NCBI GenBank assembly: GCA_964035545.1
Contig: OZ037767.1
Span: forward strand, 29,900,628-29,964,627
Direction: 5' to 3'
DNA: 64,000 nucleotides
Source: Bugula neritina
Taxonomy: Eukaryota > Animalia > Bryozoa
Shown here: in pieces, positions 26,716-38,700 of the stretch
How the letters are laid out: each line of letters begins with the position of its first letter
Position numbering within the stretch: position 1 is the first letter of the stretch
Notes under the pieces: model-generated
The model's database searches: none
What the model saw: the letters and a program-made list of their open reading frames with translations, nothing else
Told to the model about the DNA's origin: nothing
Made by a program: the position numbers and the translations under genes

Positions 26716-29700
26716 ATGGCTTCTAAAAAGAAACCACCTGCACCTGCTAGATCTACTTCAATTGATGAACAGTTTGATGCATTCCTAAAAGCAGTAAGTA
26801 ATAGTTTATTACATCACAATGCTAGCCGCATTCTATATCAATCTATGTAATTAGTTATTAAATCTTTGAACTGTCTGTAATTTTGAATAGCCCATCATGC
26901 TTCCTCTCTGTAAGCTCATGTCACATTGCTTTATGATTAGTTTGTTTAGTGAATTTAGGTATATGAATTTACCTGCATGCACACAGCACACTCTAGGGCC
27001 TAGGTGTATATTAAACTCTAGTGGGTTGTTTGTGCACTTTCACATGTGAATGATGTTTTAGTCAATTGGCTCTGATTCAGACACTTCACTTTCCAAGTAC
27101 ACTCTTCCAAAACCACGCAAAGAAAAACCATGGTGGCAGTCCTCTGTGGATACTTCAGAAGACTTTGAAGGAAATCATGAATCTAGCAATGGTAGTTATA
27201 TGTTGGTTTTTCAAATTTTAGCGGATGGGTGTTTCTTTTCGACACAGTAAATACAGTATTGTGTTTATCTTCAGCAATCAGACTAATCTTTCTTTTGTTT
27301 TAGGAGGATTTGGAACTCAGAGTAAAAGTTTTATCAAAAAGAAAAAAGCTGTTATTCCACCAATCACATCAAAGGTATGTGAATTCCACCAATAACATCA
27401 AAGGTATCATGTATGTTACACCAATCATGTAACATTTTTCCATCACTTATAAATTTATTTTATGAAAATAATACAATTTTGTTTGTTTGTATGCTAGTGA
27501 TTAGTATGCAGGTAATGCAGTGGCATACGACTACATTTTCATGAAGCTGTACAAGTAACTAGTAGCACTTTCTTGAAATGATGTGTTTTATATTTAGGCT
27601 GGCGATGCTGAAGTTAAACAGAAGTCCACTGTAATAGGTAAGACAACTCTTTATTGTATTTCATCTGAACTTGTTGAGTTACGCACAACTCAATAATTTA
27701 ATTTGTTCCATCAGTGCTGTTGGCTGGGGTATAACTGTTCACATTATATGCAGTCTATTTTATATACCTTATATTACCTTACATTAACATACAATATTTT
27801 ATATTATATTCTGTTATGTTATTTAGTATTGCCTTGCCAAAGTACCTTCGGTTTATATTATATTATATTGTGATGTGTTGTGCTACATCTATATTATCTT
27901 ATGATATAATGCAATATAGTTCATTATATCATGTTATATTATATATTTGTCTTCAGTCAAGTTCAGCATGTTTTGTTTCAATTTCAATATTTTGTTTCAT
28001 GGTGCATTTAGTGTATCGTGTTGACTCGACTTGTCTTTGGCATAGTTGAGAGATGTGCTGCTAGATTTCTTTCTGTATAAAACTTACAAACTCTTCATGT
28101 TTTTAAAAAAGTACAATGATGTGTACATTGTACTGCATTTGTGTAGGAAGTCATGTGACTAATGACAAAGTGACACCTTCAGCTAAACCTTTGGAAGTGG
28201 TCAGCGAAGGAAAGACAGAGTTGTCTGCCCCATTCTCTGCTCCTGCATCAAAAGCTGAACCTCTGCAGCGAAGTTCTAAACTGTTAGAAGCTGTTGTTAT
28301 TATATTGGCCATGTGAAGACAATTCTATAGTTATCTTGTAGTTATAGTTACTATGGCTGTATATTATGTTGATTTTATCTTTCATTTTATTTAATGATTT
28401 TATTTATTTTTTTAACTTAATGAATTTTTAGGTTTACAGAAACTGAAGAGTTTCGGGAGTCACAGCTGTCGTTTGGTAAGCATATTGTGTGAGGCAGTCA
28501 GAAGAACTGTTGGACTTTTCCTATCAAAGTTGCTGATCATAGTAGAAACTCCTTATTGTACGTGTATGTGTATATTCATTGTGATGAGCACTTGTACTTC
28601 TATTACCAGACCCTAGCACTGAGACAGGTCAGGAAACCATGGAGGAGGCGGCAGACAAGAGCAGGTTCTTCAAGGTGTGTGCATACTACAGTATTGTTGT
28701 AACACTTGAAGTGTCATGCAGTTCCTTAAATTTGAGCTCATTTTCTGCATTGTCAGCAGAATTTATGCTATGATAATATTAAACTAGGTCAAACATATCT
28801 CTCATCTCGTCGTTTGAATATGGCAACTAAAACATTTATTCCATGAATCTTCTAAAAAATATTTTATCAATTTTATAAAATCTCTTGTATCACAACTTTA
28901 TTGTAAAAAATGCTTTTTTATCATTACTATTATAGCTGTATTGCTCCCTTTGTGTAAGAAGATCACTTTGACAACAAAATTGTGTAATTTATTCTAGAAA
29001 AAAATGTTTTGTGGTAAAGATCCTGACAATAATGTTGTTTATAGTAATTAAGTCAATGTCTTCTGATTAATAGAAACTTGCTGCCGATGCAGATGGTACG
29101 CTAGATTATTCTCAGCTCAACAGAGATCTAGATGACACAAAGCAGCTGTCTTTTCTCAATACAACCAATCAACCACTGGCTACTATTGAGGTAACCAATC
29201 AGCTGTTAACTACTTCTAACTATGTCATACATGTACTTAGCTAAACCATGCATGTTCCTACCTGCGTCAGCATACTTGCTACTCTCTAGGATGAGGATGC
29301 CGGACACTACAGCGACAGCTCCATACAGCTGGAAAAGAAAGATCCAGAAGTTGATTTTGAACTCCGGCAAGACGATAGACCAGCCACCTTCCAAGGTGAT
29401 GAGCCAGAGACGGGTGGCCCCTCAGACCCTCCCAGTAGGCCTAATCTTCTTGCTAATGGTTAGTGAGTATATTCTACTTCATAAGAAAACAAATAAACTG
29501 GGGTTTTCTTCTACAGCTATTTACTTGCACGTTCTAAACTTTGAATAATTTAGTATCAGTAATAATGGTTTATGTTGCAGTGTCTCTCAACGACACACTA
29601 GACACCAGTCTGCAAGTAACCACTGCCGATGCTCCTGCACCTGACCAATCAGGTGAGGTTTTTCATTCATATCATCTCTACGGTATCTTTTTTCTTTGTC

Positions 29701-32700
29701 AGTTGTCCAAAATGTAATTCAGTCTTACACATAATTCATGGCCATTATTCTATAACTTATATGACTCATTCATTCATTCATAAGGTGAGTCAGCAGACAA
29801 TGTTCTATTCAGCTGGTGTGACTTCCTTTGTGAAACTTCATGTGATAGGCTAAGAGGACACAAACACTCTTATATGATTTATGTTGAACTTGGCTTGTGT
29901 TACGTCTTGAAGTGATCACCTTGTTTCATATCCTACAGGAGGTATGGGTAACACTTCGCAGCTAGACTACGAGGCCGTTCACCAGGCGTACCAGGAAGTG
30001 CATGACAGGAAGCATACGACAGACACCATACCACTCGCTACTAACCAGGATGTCGGGCGACTCATCCAGGCTGCCAATCAAAGTGATGATCTAACTGCTG
30101 AGACCACCCAAAGAGACGGTGCGTCATTCTCAGTCTATTCCTTCAAGTTTTGTATTTGTGGAAGTTGTTTAAATGTGATAAGGTTTCCAATCAAATAGAT
30201 GGAAACAAATTTGAGAGTTGAATAAAACTTTCAAATCTTCAGATGCAGCAGCTGTTGATAATGGACTGTGTGTTAAATCAACGGTTGATATGAAAATCAC
30301 TGAAGGTTTACAATGTGTTCTTTTTAGATGAGGTTCCTGTGTGGCAGAATACTAGCAGACGTGAAGGTGACTCTCAGGCTACAAGTGTGTGGGATCTTCA
30401 ACCTGCAGCAGAGGTCTGTGATGAGCTAAACCTCTCTGTGATTGGTTCACTTAGTAACACCAGCATGTAATTTATCATCTTATTGTTAAGTAGAGCCTAT
30501 GCCAGTTCACACTTTTATTCTCATACAATATAGGCAGCAGACAGCCATTCTCCTGGTCGGGTTTCATCGCCACAATCGGCATCTTTTACTCCCCGAAAAG
30601 AACCGAGTGCTGCATCTCTGGCAGCAGGTCAAGAGGTCACGGCAGCACCTCAGCCAAGTGTCTGGGATCTGCTACCCATTTCTCAGTCTGACCCCTCCTC
30701 TGAGGATCCAATCAAAACAGGTTTCTCTTAGTCAGCTTTTTTATGCATCTCACCATATTGTTAAATCATCTGTTCAGAATTGCTGCTTACTATTGGACAA
30801 TTCTTTAGGGGTTAGTAATTATAGATCTTATTTAATCATACGAGCAGTTGTTCATATAACATATTATTAGTTACAAGGGGATTACTGTTTCTCCTAGTTA
30901 ACCTTTTTCATGCATTTTCACTATAATATTTTGAAGAACTATTTTTACTTTTCATTAGAAGGGTATTTATTATGTGAGCAGTTGTTTATGTGACATATGA
31001 CTGGTTACAATAATGTTTTATATTAAAAAGGAGGCGCCACTGTAACAGTAGATAAGTTCGCAGTCAATAGACATGGTAGAGTCACGCCCCCTACAGCTGT
31101 GGAGTATCAAACCATTGACCAACTTTCTCCTATTCTCCACGAGCAAGCTTTCCCTTCAGACTCCGTCTCTAAACCTCGTAAAAGTAAAAAGTCTTCCAAA
31201 CCCAAGTCACAAAAGGTGATGATGATACATTGCATTATATTTACAGTTCATTTTTGCTTATATTCAATTTTGTAATTTTAGTTGTTTATATACTTTATGA
31301 AAAATTAAACTGGAAGTTTCATGTTTGTTTCAACTACATACATAGTATTGCCTGTGTCATATTTAAATTCCTCAGGCCATGTTGCTAGCATAGCTCTATC
31401 AGGGCTGTGGCAGGCACTGCAGCTCTAAGTAGATGTGAGTTTATAAACACCAATGCTGAATAGACCTGTTACAGAATATTCAGCTTCATGGCTATTTCTT
31501 TCTAACAGCACAGCCATCTGAAGAAAATAACGCACCTGTGGACACTCTCCAGGATCTTTATTTTCTGTTTTAGTCTCTGGGAAAGACCCAGACTCTGCAT
31601 TCTCCTCTGTCCACCAGGTCTCGCTCTTTCTCAGAGAAGTACAGTCATGTTAAAAGCAGTGGTTACGGGGTCGGTACTGCTTCACCCACTAAAGCCAGAG
31701 ATTCCAGCCCTAAGTCTAAAGCTAATAAGAAAGGGGCTAAGACTAAAAGTCCTTCCACTAGTCGTCATCAGTCTCCATTTAAAGGTTGGAACTCAACTTC
31801 TGTCTGTGTCATTTACATCACCATATTGTTGAACTATATGGATAATCATTAAACCAATGGTTTCTCTATCATAGACAGCACCTTGTTGTATGACGATGTT
31901 GCTAAGAAACTAATCTGCATTCCTTGAAGCTGTAACATGTATTTTATTCTCATATAGAATAATGTATTTCTAGAGCCAGAGACACTGATATCTAAAGAGT
32001 CAAGTCCAATCAAAGTTCTGCAATCAGTCGAATCATTTGCCAACTACTTGAGAGATCAATTTATATCTTCTACTCCAGCTGTGAAGGTGGGAGTGGCCAG
32101 AACTTGCTAGATAGGCTACCATGTATATTTGCCTGCAATTTCTGTCGCTGCTATTTTTCTTTTGTTGTTGCAACACATTTAAAGTTGCTACTGTATAGCA
32201 TGCATGTAGTACTACTAGTATAGTAAAGTATAGCATGCATGTAGTACTACTAGTATAGTATAGTATAGCATGCATGTAGTACTACTAGTATTTGGCACTT
32301 TATGTAATGTGCTATAAACTTTTGAAAAATCCTCTCAAGAACTGTTTTCTGTTGTCTAATTGTGATTGGTTGGAGCCACGTGAATATTTCTGGTTCGAAT
32401 ACATAGCTAAGGTTCCTATCAGTCAGTTTCTGTAACTTATTGAATTATTTGGACTAAAGAGTATTTATTCTTACATTGTAGCCTGGAGCCCCACTCTTTG
32501 GTGATAGAATAGAGGGGGTGTCGGCACCACCCATCGCAATGGAGAGGGAAGCAGCTCTTACCAATGAGATCAGGGAGTGGCAGCAGAAGTGGAGAGAAGA
32601 GTGCCGCATGAATGAGAAGCTCAGCGCTGACTTCCTGTCAGCAGAAAAGCAGTGGAAGAGAGAGAGCGAAGAGAGTCGGCTGAAACATGAGCAGCAGCTG

Positions 32701-35700
32701 GGCACTCTGCGGCAGCAGGTTTACATTCTGGAGGCTAAAGTAAGTTGCTCTGTGACCTACTTTCTGGTACTCAGTGACTTACTTTCTTGTGCTCTGTGAC
32801 CTACTTTCTTGTACTCAGTGACCTACTTTCTGTTGGCTACTCTCTGTCATACACTGTCACACTTTGTGTGTTACTCTGTCATACACTGTCACACTCTGTG
32901 TCTTACTCTGTCGTACACTGTCACACTCTGTGTCTTACTCTGTCGTACACTGTCACACTCTGTGTCTTACTCTGTCATATACTGTCACACTCTGTGTGTT
33001 ACTCTGTCATACACTGTCACACTCTGTGTGTTACTCTGTCATACACTGTCACACTCTGTGTGTTACTCTGTCATACACTGTCACACTCTGTGTGTTACTC
33101 TGTCATATACTGTCACATACAGTGCTCTCTGTCTATCCTCTAGGCATCCCTGACAGGCAGCGGTGGTGGGGAAGAGAAGAGGGACACTGCTGACTCAGTT
33201 GTCAAGGATACCATCAGTAGACTTGAGGCTGAGATACAGTCTCAGGAGAAGCTGATCTCCGGGTACCAGCAGGAGAACGAGAGGCTCTACAAGGAGCTCA
33301 AACAGTCGGATTCTGTTCACAAGGCTACCTATGAGAGGCTTTATCAGGAGAACCACAAGCAGGCTTCAGAACTAGCTCAGCTCAGGTGAGTCAAGTTATT
33401 AGCTCAGCTCAGGTGAGTCAAGTTACTAGCTCAGCTCAGGTGAGTCAAGTTATTAGCTCAGCTTAGGTGAGTCAAGTTATTAGCTCAGCTTAGGTGAGTC
33501 AAGTTATTAGCTCAGCTTAGGTGAGTCAAGTTATTAGCTCAGCTTAGGTGAGTCAAGTTATTAGCTCAGCTTAGGTGAGTCAAGTTATTAGCTCAGCTTA
33601 GGTGAGTCAAGTTATTAGCTCAGCTTAGGTGAGTCAAGTTATTAGCTCAGCTTAGGTGAGTCAAGTTATTAGCTCAGCTTAGGTGAGTCAAGTTATTAGC
33701 TCAGCTTAGGTGAGTCAAGTTATTAGCTCAGCTTAGGTGAGTCAAGTTATTAGCTCAGCTTAGGTGAGTCAAGTTATTAGCTCAGCTTAGGTGAGTCAAG
33801 TTATTAGCTCAGCTTAGGTGAGTCAAGTTATTAGCTCAGCTTAGGTGAGTCAAGTTATTAGCTCAGCTTAGGTGAGTCAAGTTATTAGCTCAGCTTAGGT
33901 GAGTCAAGTTATTAGCTCAGCTTAGGTGAGTCAAGTTATTAGCTCAGCTTAGGTGAGTCAAGTTATTAGCTCAGCTTAGGTGAGTCAAGTTATTAGCTCA
34001 GCTAATAACTGAGCGATCTATGAGGAATTTCTATGTTGTTTACGGAACTTTTTTTAGAGAGTCACCCGAGACATAAGTTACAATATTGGTGGTATAATGT
34101 AGCTCTCTGATTTTTGTCTAATTATTATAATACAAGTTTTTATGTTTATATGGAGTTATGATATCTTTTTAATACAGCAGTTTCTGTCGTTGCATGTCTT
34201 TAAATGAAATCTTCTGCTTCTTCAACACTAATGTCTTTTTGCTGTGTCTATATCCTACAAACATAAATGTCTGAAAATAATGCTGTTGAACTAATATATT
34301 GCATTTATTATTCTGATACACTTTCGAAAGTTTTTTGTGCTGTTCAACAGTTAATTACTTCACACCTGTATCAAATAGCTCAGTAATTATAATGATATTA
34401 TATGGTCAAGTTATAAATAAATATAAATTATGAACTATCTTGTCATAATGTGCTGGTCACAGTTGATATCAAGTTGCTATTGTATACAGTTTACATTCCA
34501 CATCTGACGTATAACAGTGAATATATAGAATTTAGGGTAATTATGACACACTATATAGAGACTAGTTCTCCTGTAGCCCATGTCAGTGATGCAGTTTTTC
34601 AAACTAAATTGACCACAATATTTCATGTAGGGCAAGTAATCTACAACTGTATTATTGCAGAACCTCATTCTGCCCTCAAGTAATATATCTGTTATATGGT
34701 GTGGCTGGCAAAACTGTAACTAGTTTTTAGTAATATCTAATTTGCCATTTGTTACAGGGAAGTACTTTCACAACGAGATGCTGTTCTAAAAGATAGATTT
34801 GGTCAACAACCAATTCCAACAGACTTTGCACCTGCTCAGCCAATCAAAGATGCACATACACCTATGACTGCGGCTCTTGGTGCTGGGCGAATAGCTGAAT
34901 TAAAATCTCAGCTTGTCAAAGCAAAGGTTTGGAAGCATTATTTCTTATTATTGCTGTTTGCGCGCAGGTGCGTAAACACTGTCTACTATTATTATACGGT
35001 GGAGCCGATAGAACCATTTATTCTCGGATATGTTGTCATAGTTACTCAAAGTCCATAGTCCATAATCTGTTCGGACACATTAGATCGTTATTCATGAAGC
35101 ATCGGTGGTTCAGTGGTAGAATTCTCGCCTGCCACGCGGGAGGCCCGGGTTCAATTCCCGGCCGATGCATTTTTTTATTTCTGATAAACTTATTCGCTAC
35201 TAATTTTCTTCTAGTGCATTATTGTCTCCAGTCTTAGAATTGACTAAATTGGTGTTTAAAGAGCAGGAAGAAATACTGGTTTTGAGGTTGAAAAACATGT
35301 AGTTATTTCTTATAATGAATGTTTTGTTTAGAGTGACAGTGGCACACTGGCTGCTTCAGTTACTGTGCTGACACAAAAGAACTCCGACCTGAGTACCCAA
35401 CTTGAGCATCTAACCAAAGAGAGGGACAACCTTAAGGAGACCGTTCTAATATGTAAACAACCAGCTGAGGTCAAGGTCATACAGGATCGATACCAGCAAG
35501 AAATAAATGTGCTTGAAAAAAGGGTGAGTTGGCCGGTATATATTCACATAATAATCAGCATGAAGTTCTGGCAAATTACTTTATGTTGACAGAAAGAGCT
35601 TTTCTGTGAGAATAAAGTTGGTTTTGTAATTCTCAGATCCAATGGTACATTGACAACCAGAGAATCCTGGATACAGATCTGGAGAGACTGCGACAGAAAG

Positions 35701-38700
35701 ATTGCGAGATAAATCAGCTGAACAATAAGATTAAACAGCTTGAAGAGCAGGTAAGACATTTGCAAGCATTTTAGGTTGTGCTGTGTATATGTTGATGTGT
35801 ATTGAGTATATGTTGATGTGTATTGTGTATATGTTCATGTGTATTGAGTATATGTTCATGTGTATTGAGTATATGTTCATGTGTATTGAGTATATGTTCA
35901 TGTGTATTGAGTATATGTTCATATGTATTGAGTATATGTTCATGTGTATTGGGTATATGTTCATGTGTATTGTGTATATGTTCATGTGTATTGAGTATAT
36001 GTTCATGTGTATTGAGTATATGTTCATGTGTATTGAGTATATGTTCATGTGTATTGAGTATATGTTCATGTGTATTGAGTATATTTTTTTAATCTCATAA
36101 AAGTAGTCAAGTTACACTATATAACATGCCTATTAAGTTAACTAATAGTTCCACTTGATTAAATTACTGTGACTTGGTATTATAATAGATACTTAGATAA
36201 CTCTGGTTGTCTACTAGTGGTGGTAGTATATTATACTCTGGTTAACTACTAGTGGTGTTAGTATATTGTACTCTGGTAGACTAGTGGTGGTAGTATATTG
36301 TACTCTGGTAGACTAGTGGTGGTAGTATATTGTACTCTGGTTGACTAGTGGTGGAAGTATATTGTACTCTGGTAGACTAGTGGTGGTAGTATATTGTACT
36401 CTGGTTGACTAGTGGTGTTAGTATATTGTACTCTGGTTGTCTAGTGGTGGTAGTATATTGTACTCTGGTTGACTAGTGGTGGAAGTATATTGTACTCTGG
36501 TTGACTAGTGGTGGTAGTATATTATACTCTGGTAGACTAGTGGTGGTAGTATATTGTACTCTGGTAGACTAGTGGTGGTAGTATATTGTACTGTTTGATC
36601 TGTGCAGAAGAGCAAGTCATACGATGCCTCCCAGAGAGCAAAGGATCGAGCTGCTGATGCCAGGAGAATTCGGGACCTGGAGAGGCAGGTGAAGGAAATG
36701 GAGCAGATTATTCGCAAACGTAACCCCAACAGGTGTGTCTAGCTTTCAGTTTAGTTGCTATGGTTATAGAAATTACCAATTGTCTCTTGCCATTTGCTAG
36801 TTGCTGGTTGCTGATGGCTGCTGTTGTCTGAAAGAAATGGTTTTTCTAAATTCTTTAGAATTCATGTTGTGTTGATGTTTCCAGAAAACATTATTATTTA
36901 TCAAATAGAAATAGAAATAAAAGCCTGTTTATAAATATCTACCCTTTCTTAGTGCTTGATACTTAATACAGCATATATTTGTTTAACCCTTTTCCTGGAA
37001 ACTGCAGTTGATTCAACACTCAGTCATGATTCACCCAGCTCGTGGGTTTTGCCACTTTTTAAAGTTGTTATATTCACTTCACTTTCATATTGATATGTTG
37101 TTAAGACCTTCGAACCTGTTTCAACTACCGTCTGTAGTATTCCCTCCTTGATCTGGGCTGCCTCGGTGATCCCGGACTCTCAGGAGAACAAGCCGCCGAG
37201 TATGAAGTTTCTAGAAGAACGGGTGGAGAAGTTGGAGGCGGAGCTAGCTAACAAAGATGGCGACACGAGTCGGCTGCTGAGAGCGATGGAGCAGCGATGT
37301 AACCAGTCCAAGGTGTGGAAGTGTCATTGGCATTGCATCGTGTCATTTCCTATTCTCTAGACATTCCATTGTTTGGGTTATGAACCTCAGCGAGTCTTTG
37401 TACATGTCACAAGGTAGCGGTGCTGGTAGGGACAATATTGGTAGTAAATAAACCTGTACTGGTGTTAGTAATAGTTGTATAATTATAGTTGCAACATTCA
37501 TATAGGATCAGGGCGATCAATGTAATGAAACTAATTTTTTCAGTTTTTTTACATTTTTACATTATGTATCGTATTATCATAATTTAATTAAAATGCTTCA
37601 ACATGAAGTAATGATATGTGATATGCTAGAGCTCATTGTTTATGTATAACTTATTCCTTGCTATGCTCAGCTGATGTACGAGCAAAGAATAGAGGAGCTG
37701 GAGGGTTTGGTAACATCAAAGGGAGACAAATCCGACTCTAACCGACACACTACGGTCGCTGCCCTCGAGAAAGACCTCGCCGCTGCCAGAGAACAGCATC
37801 GTAAGAGGCAGCAGGAGCAGCAGTCTACCATTGATAGTCTGGGAGAAGAGGTGTCTAGACTCAAACACAAGTCTGCAGGTAATCATGTGTTGATTTAAAA
37901 TACCTTCTAATATGTTTGCACCTCAGTTTTCTCTTGCGTATTTGCCAGCATTTCCTTTTTAGATACACTGTTTGTAAAAGTTGCTATGAATAGATAAATA
38001 CATTTTGCGTCTTTTATTATTTGACCAAGAGAGTGCACTTGTTTCAAATAGATTTTGAACATTTGACAACGTAGGAAATTTTGTGTTTTTAAACTCATGT
38101 GCATATCATTAAGTCAATAGATAGCAATAAGTTTACATGTACCAGTAGATATATACTTAATGGTAAGTATATATCTACTGATAAGTATATTTGCGTGAGT
38201 AAGTATAAAATTTCAAGTTGATAAACTTGAAAGTTTGTACACTTCATGACTGTATATATTTCATGACTTGACTATTTTGTCTCAGAATGAATTTTCTTAA
38301 AGAATGACTACAGCTAATAGTTTTGTTTTAATACTAAACGACACATATGACTGTATACTGATATGCTGGTTACTTCATGCATATCTCTGCTTAGTAGTTG
38401 AAAGCCAATAAAACCTGTTGTTACTGTTTACCAGTTGAGTTGAAGGCCAATAGAACCTGTCATTATTGTTTACCAGTTGAGTTGAAAGCCAATAGAACCT
38501 GTGGTTACTGTTTACTAGTTGAGTTGAAGGCCAATAAAACCTGTCGTTACTGTTTACCAGTTGAGTTGAAGGCGGAGACTCGAGTCTTGAGACAATCTCG
38601 TGATCAGGGAGAGCTTCTGACCTCTGAACTCAAGTCTCAACTTGAAGGCAAGATGGCGGAAATCTCAAAGCTGCACGACACCATTGAGAGACTGCAGAAG

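Noticed and set aside
33371-34003. CRISPR-like array
   Set aside because: The units are directly adjacent with no unique spacers, there are no cas genes, and the context is a eukaryotic intron.
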